Shown one piece after another: positions 27,758 through 35,580 of a DNA stretch of 64,000 nucleotides. Position numbers and translations under genes: made by a program. Within the stretch, counting starts at the first letter, position 1, and the number at the start of each line of letters is the position of its first letter. Source of the DNA: Opitutales bacterium (GTDB lineage Bacteria > Verrucomicrobiota > Verrucomicrobiia > Opitutales > JBHJGM01); assembly GCA_050331815.1 (NCBI GenBank), contig JBHJGM010000003.1, forward strand, positions 231,855 through 295,854. The letters are read 5' to 3'. The notes below the pieces were generated by a model. That model was given only the letters and a program-made list of their open reading frames with translations, was not told where the DNA came from and did not search any database.

Positions 27758-30006
27758 AGCAGCACGTGGTGCCCGTCCGCTGTGGCCAGGCGTTTGCGCA
27801 TCTCGCGTTCGCGCCCGATGGACGAATAGATCACGCGATCGTCTGGCGTCAGGTGTAGATCCTCAGGCGCGACGATCGGCCTGCCCAGGAAATCGCCTGC
27901 ACCGCGTTGATCGACGAAAGCGGTCACCCGCTTGAGCAGTTCGGGCTGGGCCCCTAAGAGCGCGCGGGAATGTTCGCCCGCTCCGTAGATATACAGACGG
28001 CCTTCGCCCTGGCCTGGCTCTGACAGTGCGGCCTCCAACCGCCGACAGGCACGCCCAAAGGTGGCGTTCAATCCCCCCGGGCCATCCATCGAGCCCTGGC
28101 CGGGCTCCGCGGTGGGCGGGAACAGAAAATCCTGCAGGTCCTCCTCCGAAACCGAGGCCAGCTGGCGATAAAGTCCTTCGCCTCCGGAGCCGCCGCCAGC
28201 GGCGGTCAGTTGCGCCCGCGCCGCCAGAAACGACAGCAGCCAGTCCGGAAAAGCCGCGGGCGGACCATTTTCGGAACGCCCCAGCCATTCGCACAGGCGC
28301 AGGCGTTGTTCATTAAGTGCTTCGGGCGAACGGTTGAGCGCGCTCGCCTCGACCGAAGCGCAGACCTCCGGCAGGACTATCCAGCGCAGCCCGTGCAGCG
28401 CAGCGGCCAGGGCCAGTTCCCAAAGCGATTGCATTTGGGCCACATCCGGCCCGAGTGCTTCAACAAGGCGTGTGCGTTTGAGCAGCAGGAGTGGTCCACA
28501 CAGTGCGTGTTCAAACCAGCCAGCCTCCACACCCGGACCCAGTGGGGCAATCGTGTGCGGCGTCGCGCCCTTAGGATGGGTGACACGCACGTAGGCCGTG
28601 GCCCCAGCCAGCCCCGACGCCGTGGCCGCCTCAATGAGCGTCTCCACCGCTTGCGGATCCAGCGTCAACGCGGTGTCCTGCAGGAGCACCCAATCGTCGG
28701 TCGACGCCTGCAGCATTTCAGCGAGGACTTCCGGCTCCTGCTCCATGATCTGCGTGCAAGCGCTTGGATTGGAAGCTGCATTGCTGGCTGCTTGTTCCGG
28801 CGATGGCCGTAGCGAGTTGTGAAACTCCAAAAACCGTACATGTGCTTGCGGCGTATGGTAGCCGCCTTCATAACGCACCGTGACCGTACCGTCCTTCAGG
28901 ATACGCTCCAGGACTCTGCGCAGGTCTTCAGCTTCGGGAGCGCAGAGCAGGTGCGCGTTGTTTGGGCCCACGATTTCGGGAATACCGCCAACGCGCGTGC
29001 TCACAAATGGCAAGTTGCGCGTATACAATTCAACCAGCGTGTAGGGCAAATTATCCTGTATGCTGGGAGCCACCACCAAAATACCTTCCTGAGCCTGCAG
29101 CCACGCCCAGGCCTGGTGCGCGTCCTTGTCGCCCAGGATTTGCCACTCGTAGGGCAGGGGGGCCAAGCTTTCGGCGATGACCTCGGCGGCATCGCGACCA
29201 TTCAAATCGCTAGGGCGTCCCAGAAACGTGATTCGTGGTGCCCGCTGCTGCAACGGTTCAGAGTCCGCCAAGGCCTCGAGAAAGAGGTGCAGGCCTTTGC
29301 GGGTTTCCAGCCGTCCGAAAAACACCAGGTGGTTGAGTCCGGAAAAAGTCCGTTCGTTTTCGTCCGTTTCACCGGAAACACCCGACGGATCGAAGCAGTT
29401 GAAGAGGACATCCACTTCGCGCGTAAAGCCCCAACGGGTGCGAACCCAGTCAGCCATGTGCCGCGATGGCGCCACCAGCCGGTCGCAAAGCCGGGCCGTT
29501 TCTTTTTCCATGAAGTCGCGGTCGAGCTCGCCTTCGTGGCGCGGCACCATGTGCATACCTTCGTAAATCCAGTCCATGGGCGAGTGCAGGGTGGCGACGG
29601 TCACCGGTCGATAGCCGAGACGGTCACTGCACGCGGCCTGCAGCACCCGCAGTCCCTGGCCCAAAAATTCCTGCACATAAACCACCGCAAAACGCGCTTC
29701 GCGTGCAAAGGCCAGCACTTGCTCGGCTATGAAAAGCGGCTCGGCCTCCGGGAGCAGGTTGGGGGTGGCGCGGTTGTTTGCTTCCGCCCAACGGGCGAGA
29801 TCGACGTAGCGGATGCCCAATTCAGCTTGGAAGCGCTGGGCCCAGGTGGCGGCGTCGGCAGACATCGTCTGGCCGGTGTAAAGCACGGTCACGTCGTGGC
29901 CAGCCTGAGCCAAAACCACGGCCTGCCAGTAACAAGCCGTGCCAACCCCGCCATTTCTGAAAGGCCCCACAAACTCGGGTGCCACGATGCACGTCCCCGC
30001 CTCCAC
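27724..30006 (-). CDS. GT-B glycosyltransferase, paralog 2, with long C-terminal extension ending in a PglD_N-like module
   Basis: MEAGTCIVAPEFVGPFRNGGVGTACYWQA.., LVFFGRLETRKGLHLFLEAL, APSIQDNLPYTLVELYT..RVGGIPEIV. Tail LYIYGAGEHSRALLGAQPELLKRVTAFVDQRGAGDFLGRPIVAPEDL. Confidence 0.8.
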   Translation of the reverse strand: MEAGTCIVAPEFVGPFRNGGVGTACYWQAVVLAQAGHDVTVLYTGQTMSADAATWAQRFQAELGIRYVDLARWAEANNRATPNLLPEAEPLFIAEQVLAFAREARFAVVYVQEFLGQGLRVLQAACSDRLGYRPVTVATLHSPMDWIYEGMHMVPRHEGELDRDFMEKETARLCDRLVAPSRHMADWVRTRWGFTREVDVLFNCFDPSGVSGETDENERTFSGLNHLVFFGRLETRKGLHLFLEALADSEPLQQRAPRITFLGRPSDLNGRDAAEVIAESLAPLPYEWQILGDKDAHQAWAWLQAQEGILVVAPSIQDNLPYTLVELYTRNLPFVSTRVGGIPEIVGPNNAHLLCAPEAEDLRRVLERILKDGTVTVRYEGGYHTPQAHVRFLEFHNSLRPSPEQAASNAASNPSACTQIMEQEPEVLAEMLQASTDDWVLLQDTALTLDPQAVETLIEAATASGLAGATAYVRVTHPKGATPHTIAPLGPGVEAGWFEHALCGPLLLLKRTRLVEALGPDVAQMQSLWELALAAALHGLRWIVLPEVCASVEASALNRSPEALNEQRLRLCEWLGRSENGPPAAFPDWLLSFLAARAQLTAAGGGSGGEGLYRQLASVSEEDLQDFLFPPTAEPGQGSMDGPGGLNATFGRACRRLEAALSEPGQGEGRLYIYGAGEHSRALLGAQPELLKRVTAFVDQRGAGDFLGRPIVAPEDLHLTPDDRVIYSSIGREREMRKRLATADGHHVLLYTDEGFEADS

Positions 30007-30074
30007 GCCGGTAGGCTTACGGCTGCCCGGTCACATGGGTCAAGTACGGCGGAGCCCGAACAGGCTAATTTTAT

Positions 30075-30149
<75 letters not shown>

Positions 30150-30220
30150 CGGCTGTGCCGTGGGTCTCTCCTAACGAGAAGCCCTTAGCACCTATCGCCC
30201 AGCATGCGTATCGATTAAAG

Positions 30221-30297
<77 letters not shown>

Positions 30298-30378
30298 TCG
30301 CATTAGGAGCGAAATTTCGAGACTACGCTTCGGCAGGTCGATGTCAAGCGCCTCGCCACCACCGATTCCGCAGCGCGC

Positions 30379-30915
30379 TCAGCCCTCCAGAACGCGTTGC
30401 CAGCAGGCGGCCTCGCCGTCCAGACCATGCTGCCCTAGTGCGGCCTCTATCTGAGCGAACGTGGGCTCTACAACACGGTGACGCAGGTCGGGGGACAGCT
30501 CCGGACAAATGTGCCGCGTAATGGCCCAGGCTGCCCAGACGCGCCAACGCCGTTGCTCACGCCGCGCACCTTGCAGGCGATCAGCCAAATGTTGAAAATG
30601 TACACGCGGATTGCCCACCAAAGAGCCCTCGGGGTGGTTTTCGAGAATCCAGCGAAGCGCCGCATACGGGCAGGGGGCCTGGGGCGCTGACCAGCCAGAG
30701 GGGCGACTTTCTGCAAAGAGCGCGCGGTCCAGCAGCAGGATGGCCCGCCCGGGGAGCCCGTCCAGCCAGAGACTGTGCGCGTACTCCAGGGCCGCGTTGT
30801 AAAAACCGGCACCGTCTGCCCCGCGAAACCGATGCACATGCCGCCAATCTTTCCGGCCCGTGATTTCCGGAAGGTGTGGACAAGGCGGAAACTTTTCTGC
30901 GATAGCCAAGCTCAT
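30379..30915 (-). CDS. Hypothetical protein (178 aa from ATG 30915)
   Basis: The ORF has plausible globular composition (FYNAALEYAHSLWLDGLPGRAILLLDRALF..) but no motif I recognise. The longer form to 30969 would start at TTG. Confidence 0.5.
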   Translation of the reverse strand: MSLAIAEKFPPCPHLPEITGRKDWRHVHRFRGADGAGFYNAALEYAHSLWLDGLPGRAILLLDRALFAESRPSGWSAPQAPCPYAALRWILENHPEGSLVGNPRVHFQHLADRLQGARREQRRWRVWAAWAITRHICPELSPDLRHRVVEPTFAQIEAALGQHGLDGEAACWQRVLEG

Positions 30916-31019
30916 TACTAATCGCCGCGTGCACCCAGCCTGTTGCGGATGCGTGCGCCCAATAGCCAAGTGCCATCAACTGCGCACTGTCAACGCACCG
31001 CGTGAGCTCAACTGTTTGA

Positions 31020-31766
31020 ATGCCCTCCCCGGAAACCAAGAAACCCGCCACCGCAGAGCGGGACGCTTCGGGCTCCTCGCGCGGTCGCAACACCCGCGTG
31101 CGCGAAGTGCCCTGGTGGGGCTCGGTGGTCATTTTCCTGGTTTCCGTTTTGCTGAAGATATGGGGACGGACGCTGCGATTTACCGGTGAGGGCAACTCCA
31201 TTGAAGTCGGTAGCGCCACTGATACGCGCTTCATTTTCATAACCTGGCACAACCGGCTTTTTGTGCTGCCCGAACTGCAGCGCCGCTACCGCCCAGGCTT
31301 GCCGATGACCGGATTGATCAGCGCGAGCAAGGACGGGGCCTGGTTGGCCGCTCTGTTTCGGCGCATGAAGATTCGCTACGTGCGCGGCTCCACCAGCTTC
31401 CGGGGCAGGGAGGCGCTCAATGAGCTACGTACCGCGCTCCAACTGGACACCGATGTTTTGATCACGCCAGACGGTCCGCGCGGCCCCTGTTATTCAATGA
31501 AGAAAAGTCCAGCGACCCTCGCGGAAGTGACCGGCCATCCCCTGATGTTGCTCAGTCTGCGCTTCGAAAAGGCCTGGCGCTTGAACAGCTGGGACGGTTT
31601 TTACCTGCCCAGACCGTTTTCCAGTGTGGAAATTCGCTGCCGGCGTCACGACAGCGTGAAGGCACTTCATGCGGCCTTTCCCGGGCTCACAACTGAAGAT
31701 GCCCTCAAGCAGGCGATGGAAGCCATCACCGAGGATACGCCCGAGCGGCGAAGGCCGAAAGCTTAG
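31020..31766 (+). CDS. DUF374 / lysophospholipid-acyltransferase-like protein
   Basis: ITWHNRLF..GLISASKDGAWLAALFRRMKIRYVRGSTS..GREAL..DVLITPDGPRGP matches the DUF374 family pattern. Confidence 0.7.
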   Translation: MPSPETKKPATAERDASGSSRGRNTRVREVPWWGSVVIFLVSVLLKIWGRTLRFTGEGNSIEVGSATDTRFIFITWHNRLFVLPELQRRYRPGLPMTGLISASKDGAWLAALFRRMKIRYVRGSTSFRGREALNELRTALQLDTDVLITPDGPRGPCYSMKKSPATLAEVTGHPLMLLSLRFEKAWRLNSWDGFYLPRPFSSVEIRCRRHDSVKALHAAFPGLTTEDALKQAMEAITEDTPERRRPKA

Positions 31767-32146
31767 GGAAAACCGGGCGAGGAGACGGAGGTACCCCCAG
31801 CCAGCACGGTCAGGTCTTCACCATCTGACCAGGTTTCATCGTTGCGCAGGAATTTGAAAGTGATCGAGCCTGTCACGCTCTGCGACGACCAGATCCAGCC
31901 TTCGTCGGTATGCTCCATGGGTACGCCTTTTTCCCAACTCAGGCCACCGCCCTCGCCACGCAGGTAAACCGCATTGCCCCAGCCCACGTCACACTGGGCA
32001 ATCACCGTGGTGACCGGTGCTTTTTTGGCCACGGCGGCGGGCGCGGTCTTCTTGACCGCAACCTTCTTCGGGACCGTTTGCTTGACGGCGGTTTTCTTGG
32101 GCGCAGCCTTTTTCTTGGCTGCTTTTTTGGACGCTTTCTTGGCCAT
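31763..32146 (-). CDS. Histone-H1-like Lys/Ala-rich N-terminal tail fused to a CBM20-like beta-sandwich domain
   Basis: N-terminus MAKKASKKAAKKKAAPKKTAVKQTVPKKVAVKKTAPAAVAKKAP. This is followed by GNAVYLRGEGGGLSWEKGVPM..EGWIWS..ITFKFLRNDETWSDGEDLTV, which is the starch-binding-module-like spacing. Confidence 0.6.
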   Translation of the reverse strand: MAKKASKKAAKKKAAPKKTAVKQTVPKKVAVKKTAPAAVAKKAPVTTVIAQCDVGWGNAVYLRGEGGGLSWEKGVPMEHTDEGWIWSSQSVTGSITFKFLRNDETWSDGEDLTVLAGGTSVSSPGFP

Positions 32147-32394
32147 GGCGAACGTGTGGTTATGTCTCAGTGAACGGGGCAGCAGCTGATTTGAGAGCTA
32201 GCAGATAAAAAGCCATTTTCAATGCAAATCCGAGGCTCAGCGCCAAAGATTAGCTGGCTGTCTCTGCGTCCGGCTTACAGTTGAGCCTGGACCCGACTTA
32301 AGCCTTGCTCCAGCCGTCCCGAAATTTCATCTTCGTCTTGTACACGGACGGCATTTGGGCACCCTAAGCAGGCCCGCCTTTTGCCAGCCGCCAT

Positions 32395-32470
32395 GGGGCC
32401 GTAGCTCAGTTGGAAGAGCGCGTCGTTCGCAATGACGAGGTCGTCGGTTCGATCCCGATCGGCTCCACCA
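32395..32470 (+). tRNA. tRNA-Ala (anticodon CGC), CCA encoded
   Basis: GGGGCCGTAGCTCAGTTGGAAGAGCGCGTCGTTCGCAATGACGAGGTCGTCGGTTCGATCCCGATCGGCTCCACCA has a G3:U70 wobble in the acceptor stem (the Ala identity element) and anticodon loop TTCGCAA. Confidence 0.95.
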
Positions 32471-32619
32471 TCCTGCCCAAGGCGAAGCGGAATCGCAGGA
32501 CTTCAACGTTGATGGGAGGGGAAGGATGCCCTGCTTCGCTACATCTATCTCTTGGGAAAGGCTGCGTGAAGCGAAACACGGTCCCGAGACGCCGACAATC
32601 GCTGTCCTCTACGACGCGC

Positions 32620-33639
32620 TCAGTTGTCGCTGGAGTCCATCCAGCGCCCGGTGACCAGCGTGGAGTCTGGGGTATCCGGTAGGCCGATACGATTGTTTTG
32701 CAACTCCAGGATGAGGCGTTGGATCGCAAGCCGGCCAATCTCTTCCAGATCGATGGCGTAGCCGCTGAAACGGCCCTCGGGCATCCCGATGGCATAACGC
32801 TGCAGACCGGATTCGACAGGGAAGGGCGCCACGCTGAATCCTTTCAGGCGAAACGGCGTGTCCGCTAAAATAGCGTCGGGACGCCAGGAGGTGACCGTGC
32901 GAAAATAGTCCTCGGTAGCGTCGGGATTAAACTCCTCGAAGATTTGGATCGTTACGCCACGCCGCTTGGCCGCAAGCAGGCTGGCCGCCTGGTAACGGGC
33001 CGAAGCACACCAGAACGGTATGCCCGAAAGCACGAGAGCCACCCGTTCGTGGCCGCGCCTGGACAACTCGTGCAGGCATTCGTCCATGCACAAAAAGGCG
33101 TCAAAGCAGACGCGGTGCAGCGGCAAGGTCCGCAGGGTGTCGAGGCCAATGGCCACCGTGGCGAAGTGGTCGAAGTTGAGCTGCGGCTGGTAGGTTTCGT
33201 CATCGGGAGGCATCACAATCAACCCGCGCACTCCCCGGTGGTACAGCACCTGACTGATGCGGTGACCGCTGGGGCCTTCGGCTTTTTCGTGATGTACTTC
33301 CAGGGTGAAGCCGTTGCTTTCGGCCTCGGCCTCCATGCCCCGCTGAACGTACGCAATCAGCTTCGCGCGGTGCGGATTGAGCTCGAGTGAGGACGGCAAA
33401 AAGATGGCGAGGGTTTCTTGCGGCTCGGTGGATTCGCGGCTCTTGCGCACCTGGTGCATCAGCTCGCGAATTTTGGGATCAGGCCGGTAGCCGACCTCCG
33501 CCGCCGTTTCCCATACGCGCTTGCGCGTTTTCTCGCTGATCGAGGGGTCGTTGCGCAGCGCCCGACTGATCGTCGAATGGTGCAGGTTCAAGCGCTTGGC
33601 AAGTGAAGTGATGGTTTCGCGTGGAGAGGTGTCGGGCAT
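32620..33639 (-). CDS. LacI family transcriptional regulator
   Basis: N-terminal HTH ITSLAKRLNLHHSTISRALRNDPSISEKTRKRVWETAAEVGYRPD, followed by a periplasmic-binding-protein-like sugar-binding core of the expected length. Confidence 0.85.
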   Translation of the reverse strand: MPDTSPRETITSLAKRLNLHHSTISRALRNDPSISEKTRKRVWETAAEVGYRPDPKIRELMHQVRKSRESTEPQETLAIFLPSSLELNPHRAKLIAYVQRGMEAEAESNGFTLEVHHEKAEGPSGHRISQVLYHRGVRGLIVMPPDDETYQPQLNFDHFATVAIGLDTLRTLPLHRVCFDAFLCMDECLHELSRRGHERVALVLSGIPFWCASARYQAASLLAAKRRGVTIQIFEEFNPDATEDYFRTVTSWRPDAILADTPFRLKGFSVAPFPVESGLQRYAIGMPEGRFSGYAIDLEEIGRLAIQRLILELQNNRIGLPDTPDSTLVTGRWMDSSDN

Positions 33640-33919
33640 GGGTCGCAGCGAAATTCAGTATTAAAGCGTAATCTGGGGAAACATCCTTCCCCGTTTCGCA
33701 GTGTCAAATCGTGCCTTACGGCTACAGGGCGAGCTGGCTGTCATCAGACGATGCGAGGGCCGCATTATCATTTGTTTTGAACGCTATGCACCGTGTGCAC
33801 AACGCCTGTGCGCACCGTGTGCGGATTCTGGCATTTGAGAACGGCTAAAGGCCTGCGGATGGTCACGACGTTGCAGCCATCCTGGCTCACGCTACTCACA
33901 ACACTCACCTACGTGACTC

Positions 33920-34561
33920 ATGAAAATGCCAAGACCTGTACTCCACGCTGTTCTGATCGGAGCCTTGTCGGCCTTGCCGTTCGCCTCAGCCCACGCGCAA
34001 TCCCTGACGATTTTCACCCTTCCCGAGGGTGCGGAAATCCTGCAAGTCACCGGAGCTGTACCTAACCTGAATCCCGGTGGTCAGGCCACCGCCGATACCC
34101 GCACGCTCTACGTGTTCGAGCCCGACATCGGGGACGCCTTCCCGAACGTTCCGGACTTTCCCTCAACGCCGCCTGCGCAGGGCGTGGTCAACCCCTGGGC
34201 GTGGGTTTACGCCACTTCCGATGCCGAGGTTTCCGACCTCGACATCGACCTGGGCATCTCTGCCGAAGTCGACCTCGTGCTCAACCCCAACTCGGGCGCG
34301 GGCCTGCAGTGGATCACAATTGACGGGAACCCGCTCTATCAGTTCGCCGGCGACAGCAGCGAACTCGATGCCAACGGAAATTTTGGACCTTGGAACTATG
34401 TTTTGGCGGATGGATCCGTGAGCCAGAGCGTGTTTGGCCCGACGATTCCGGAGCCCTCGACCTACGGAATGATTGGTGTCGTAGCCTTGGGCTCGGCGAT
34501 TCTCGGTAAACGAGCCCGGAGCAAAGACCGGGAGAAAAAAGCACAAGCAGCAGCCGTCTAG
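33920..34561 (+). CDS. Secreted PEP-CTERM protein with a Yx(F/W/Y)xxD lipoprotein-repeat-like segment
   Basis: Signal peptide MKMPRPVLHAVLIGALSALPFASAHAQ, internal GNPLYQFAGDSSELDANGNFGPWNYV, and C-terminus IPEPSTYGMIGVVALGSAILGKRARSK. Confidence 0.75.
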   Translation: MKMPRPVLHAVLIGALSALPFASAHAQSLTIFTLPEGAEILQVTGAVPNLNPGGQATADTRTLYVFEPDIGDAFPNVPDFPSTPPAQGVVNPWAWVYATSDAEVSDLDIDLGISAEVDLVLNPNSGAGLQWITIDGNPLYQFAGDSSELDANGNFGPWNYVLADGSVSQSVFGPTIPEPSTYGMIGVVALGSAILGKRARSKDREKKAQAAAV

Positions 34562-34583
34562 CAATCAGCCTAGACCCTAAAAG

Positions 34584-34626
34584 GAGAGCCGGCTCATCCG
34601 TGTGGAGGGCCGGCTCTCTGTTTGGT
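34584..34626 (+). terminator. Rho-independent terminator after the PEP-CTERM gene
   Basis: Perfect 10-bp stem GAGAGCCGGC / GCCGGCTCTC with a 15-nt loop, followed by TGTTTGG. Confidence 0.7.
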
Positions 34627-34689
34627 TACGTTACGCGCCCTGGAATAAGCAGAGCCCGCAGGACCTCCGCCCTGAAACCATCTGTTTCG

Positions 34690-35580
34690 ATGAATGACCT
34701 GCGTTTCGTGATTCTGGCCCTGGCTCTGTGCTCGCTCATGCTGCTGGCCGGCTGCGGCACGACGTTGAAACCACCGGAACAGACCCAGTCGGCGGCCCTG
34801 GCTGACTCCGTCGACGCACGGCAGCAGGTCGAGAGCTTTTTCAGCGACTTCGATCGGTTCCTGGCTGACAATGTCGACGCGCAGGGCCGCCTCGATTACG
34901 GAGTCTTGAAGCGTGACCCGCGCGCGATCAATGCGCTCTACACCACGGTCGCCGCCATCAGTCCGGATTCGCACCCCGAGGCGTTTCCGACCGAGGCGCA
35001 TCGGCTGGCCTGGTGGATTAACGCCTACAACGCGGCCACCATCTATGCGGTCGTTCAGGCCTACCCGATTGAGACGGTCCTGGAGGTGCGTCCGGCCTCA
35101 ATCTTTACCGTCATCGACAAGCGCGGCGGCTTTTTTGCCGGTCAACGGCTCGTCTTCGGCGGCGAGGCAATCTCGCTCTACAAGCTTGAGAATGACGTGA
35201 TTCGCAAACGCTTCATCGATCCGCGCTACCACTTCGCAGTGAACTGCGCGTCCATCGGCTGCCCCATCTTGCCAGCCGAAGCCTTCCTGCCCGACACACT
35301 CGATGCTCAGCTGGAGCGCGAGACCCTCGCTTTTCTCAAGCGCGCGCAAAATTACCGTATCGATCACGACGCCCAGGTCATCCGTCTGTCCTCAATTTAC
35401 GGCTGGTATGACAAAGATTACCTGAAGTGGCTTGAAGAGGTGCGCGGCTTTGACGATCCCGAACTACTCGACTACGTGACGCTCTACCTCGAAGAAGCGG
35501 AAGCGGCCAAGCTCGCCCAGGTGCGTGACACCTATGCGTTGGAGTTCATCGACTACGACTGGGGCCTGAACGACCGCTAA
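34690..35580 (+). CDS. DUF547 domain lipoprotein
   Basis: Lipobox signal MNDLRFVILALALCSLMLLAGCG at ATG 34690; the listed ORF start at 34600 lies inside the upstream terminator hairpin. DUF547 motifs WINAYNAATIYAVV and RYHFAVNCASIGCPIL are present. Confidence 0.75.
   Translation: MNDLRFVILALALCSLMLLAGCGTTLKPPEQTQSAALADSVDARQQVESFFSDFDRFLADNVDAQGRLDYGVLKRDPRAINALYTTVAAISPDSHPEAFPTEAHRLAWWINAYNAATIYAVVQAYPIETVLEVRPASIFTVIDKRGGFFAGQRLVFGGEAISLYKLENDVIRKRFIDPRYHFAVNCASIGCPILPAEAFLPDTLDAQLERETLAFLKRAQNYRIDHDAQVIRLSSIYGWYDKDYLKWLEEVRGFDDPELLDYVTLYLEEAEAAKLAQVRDTYALEFIDYDWGLNDR

Noticed and set aside
33793-34065. 90-aa ORF overlapping the start of the PEP-CTERM gene
   Set aside because: It overlaps a gene with a clear signal peptide and sorting tail in another frame. 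It begins inside the operator-like repeat region and has no features of its own.
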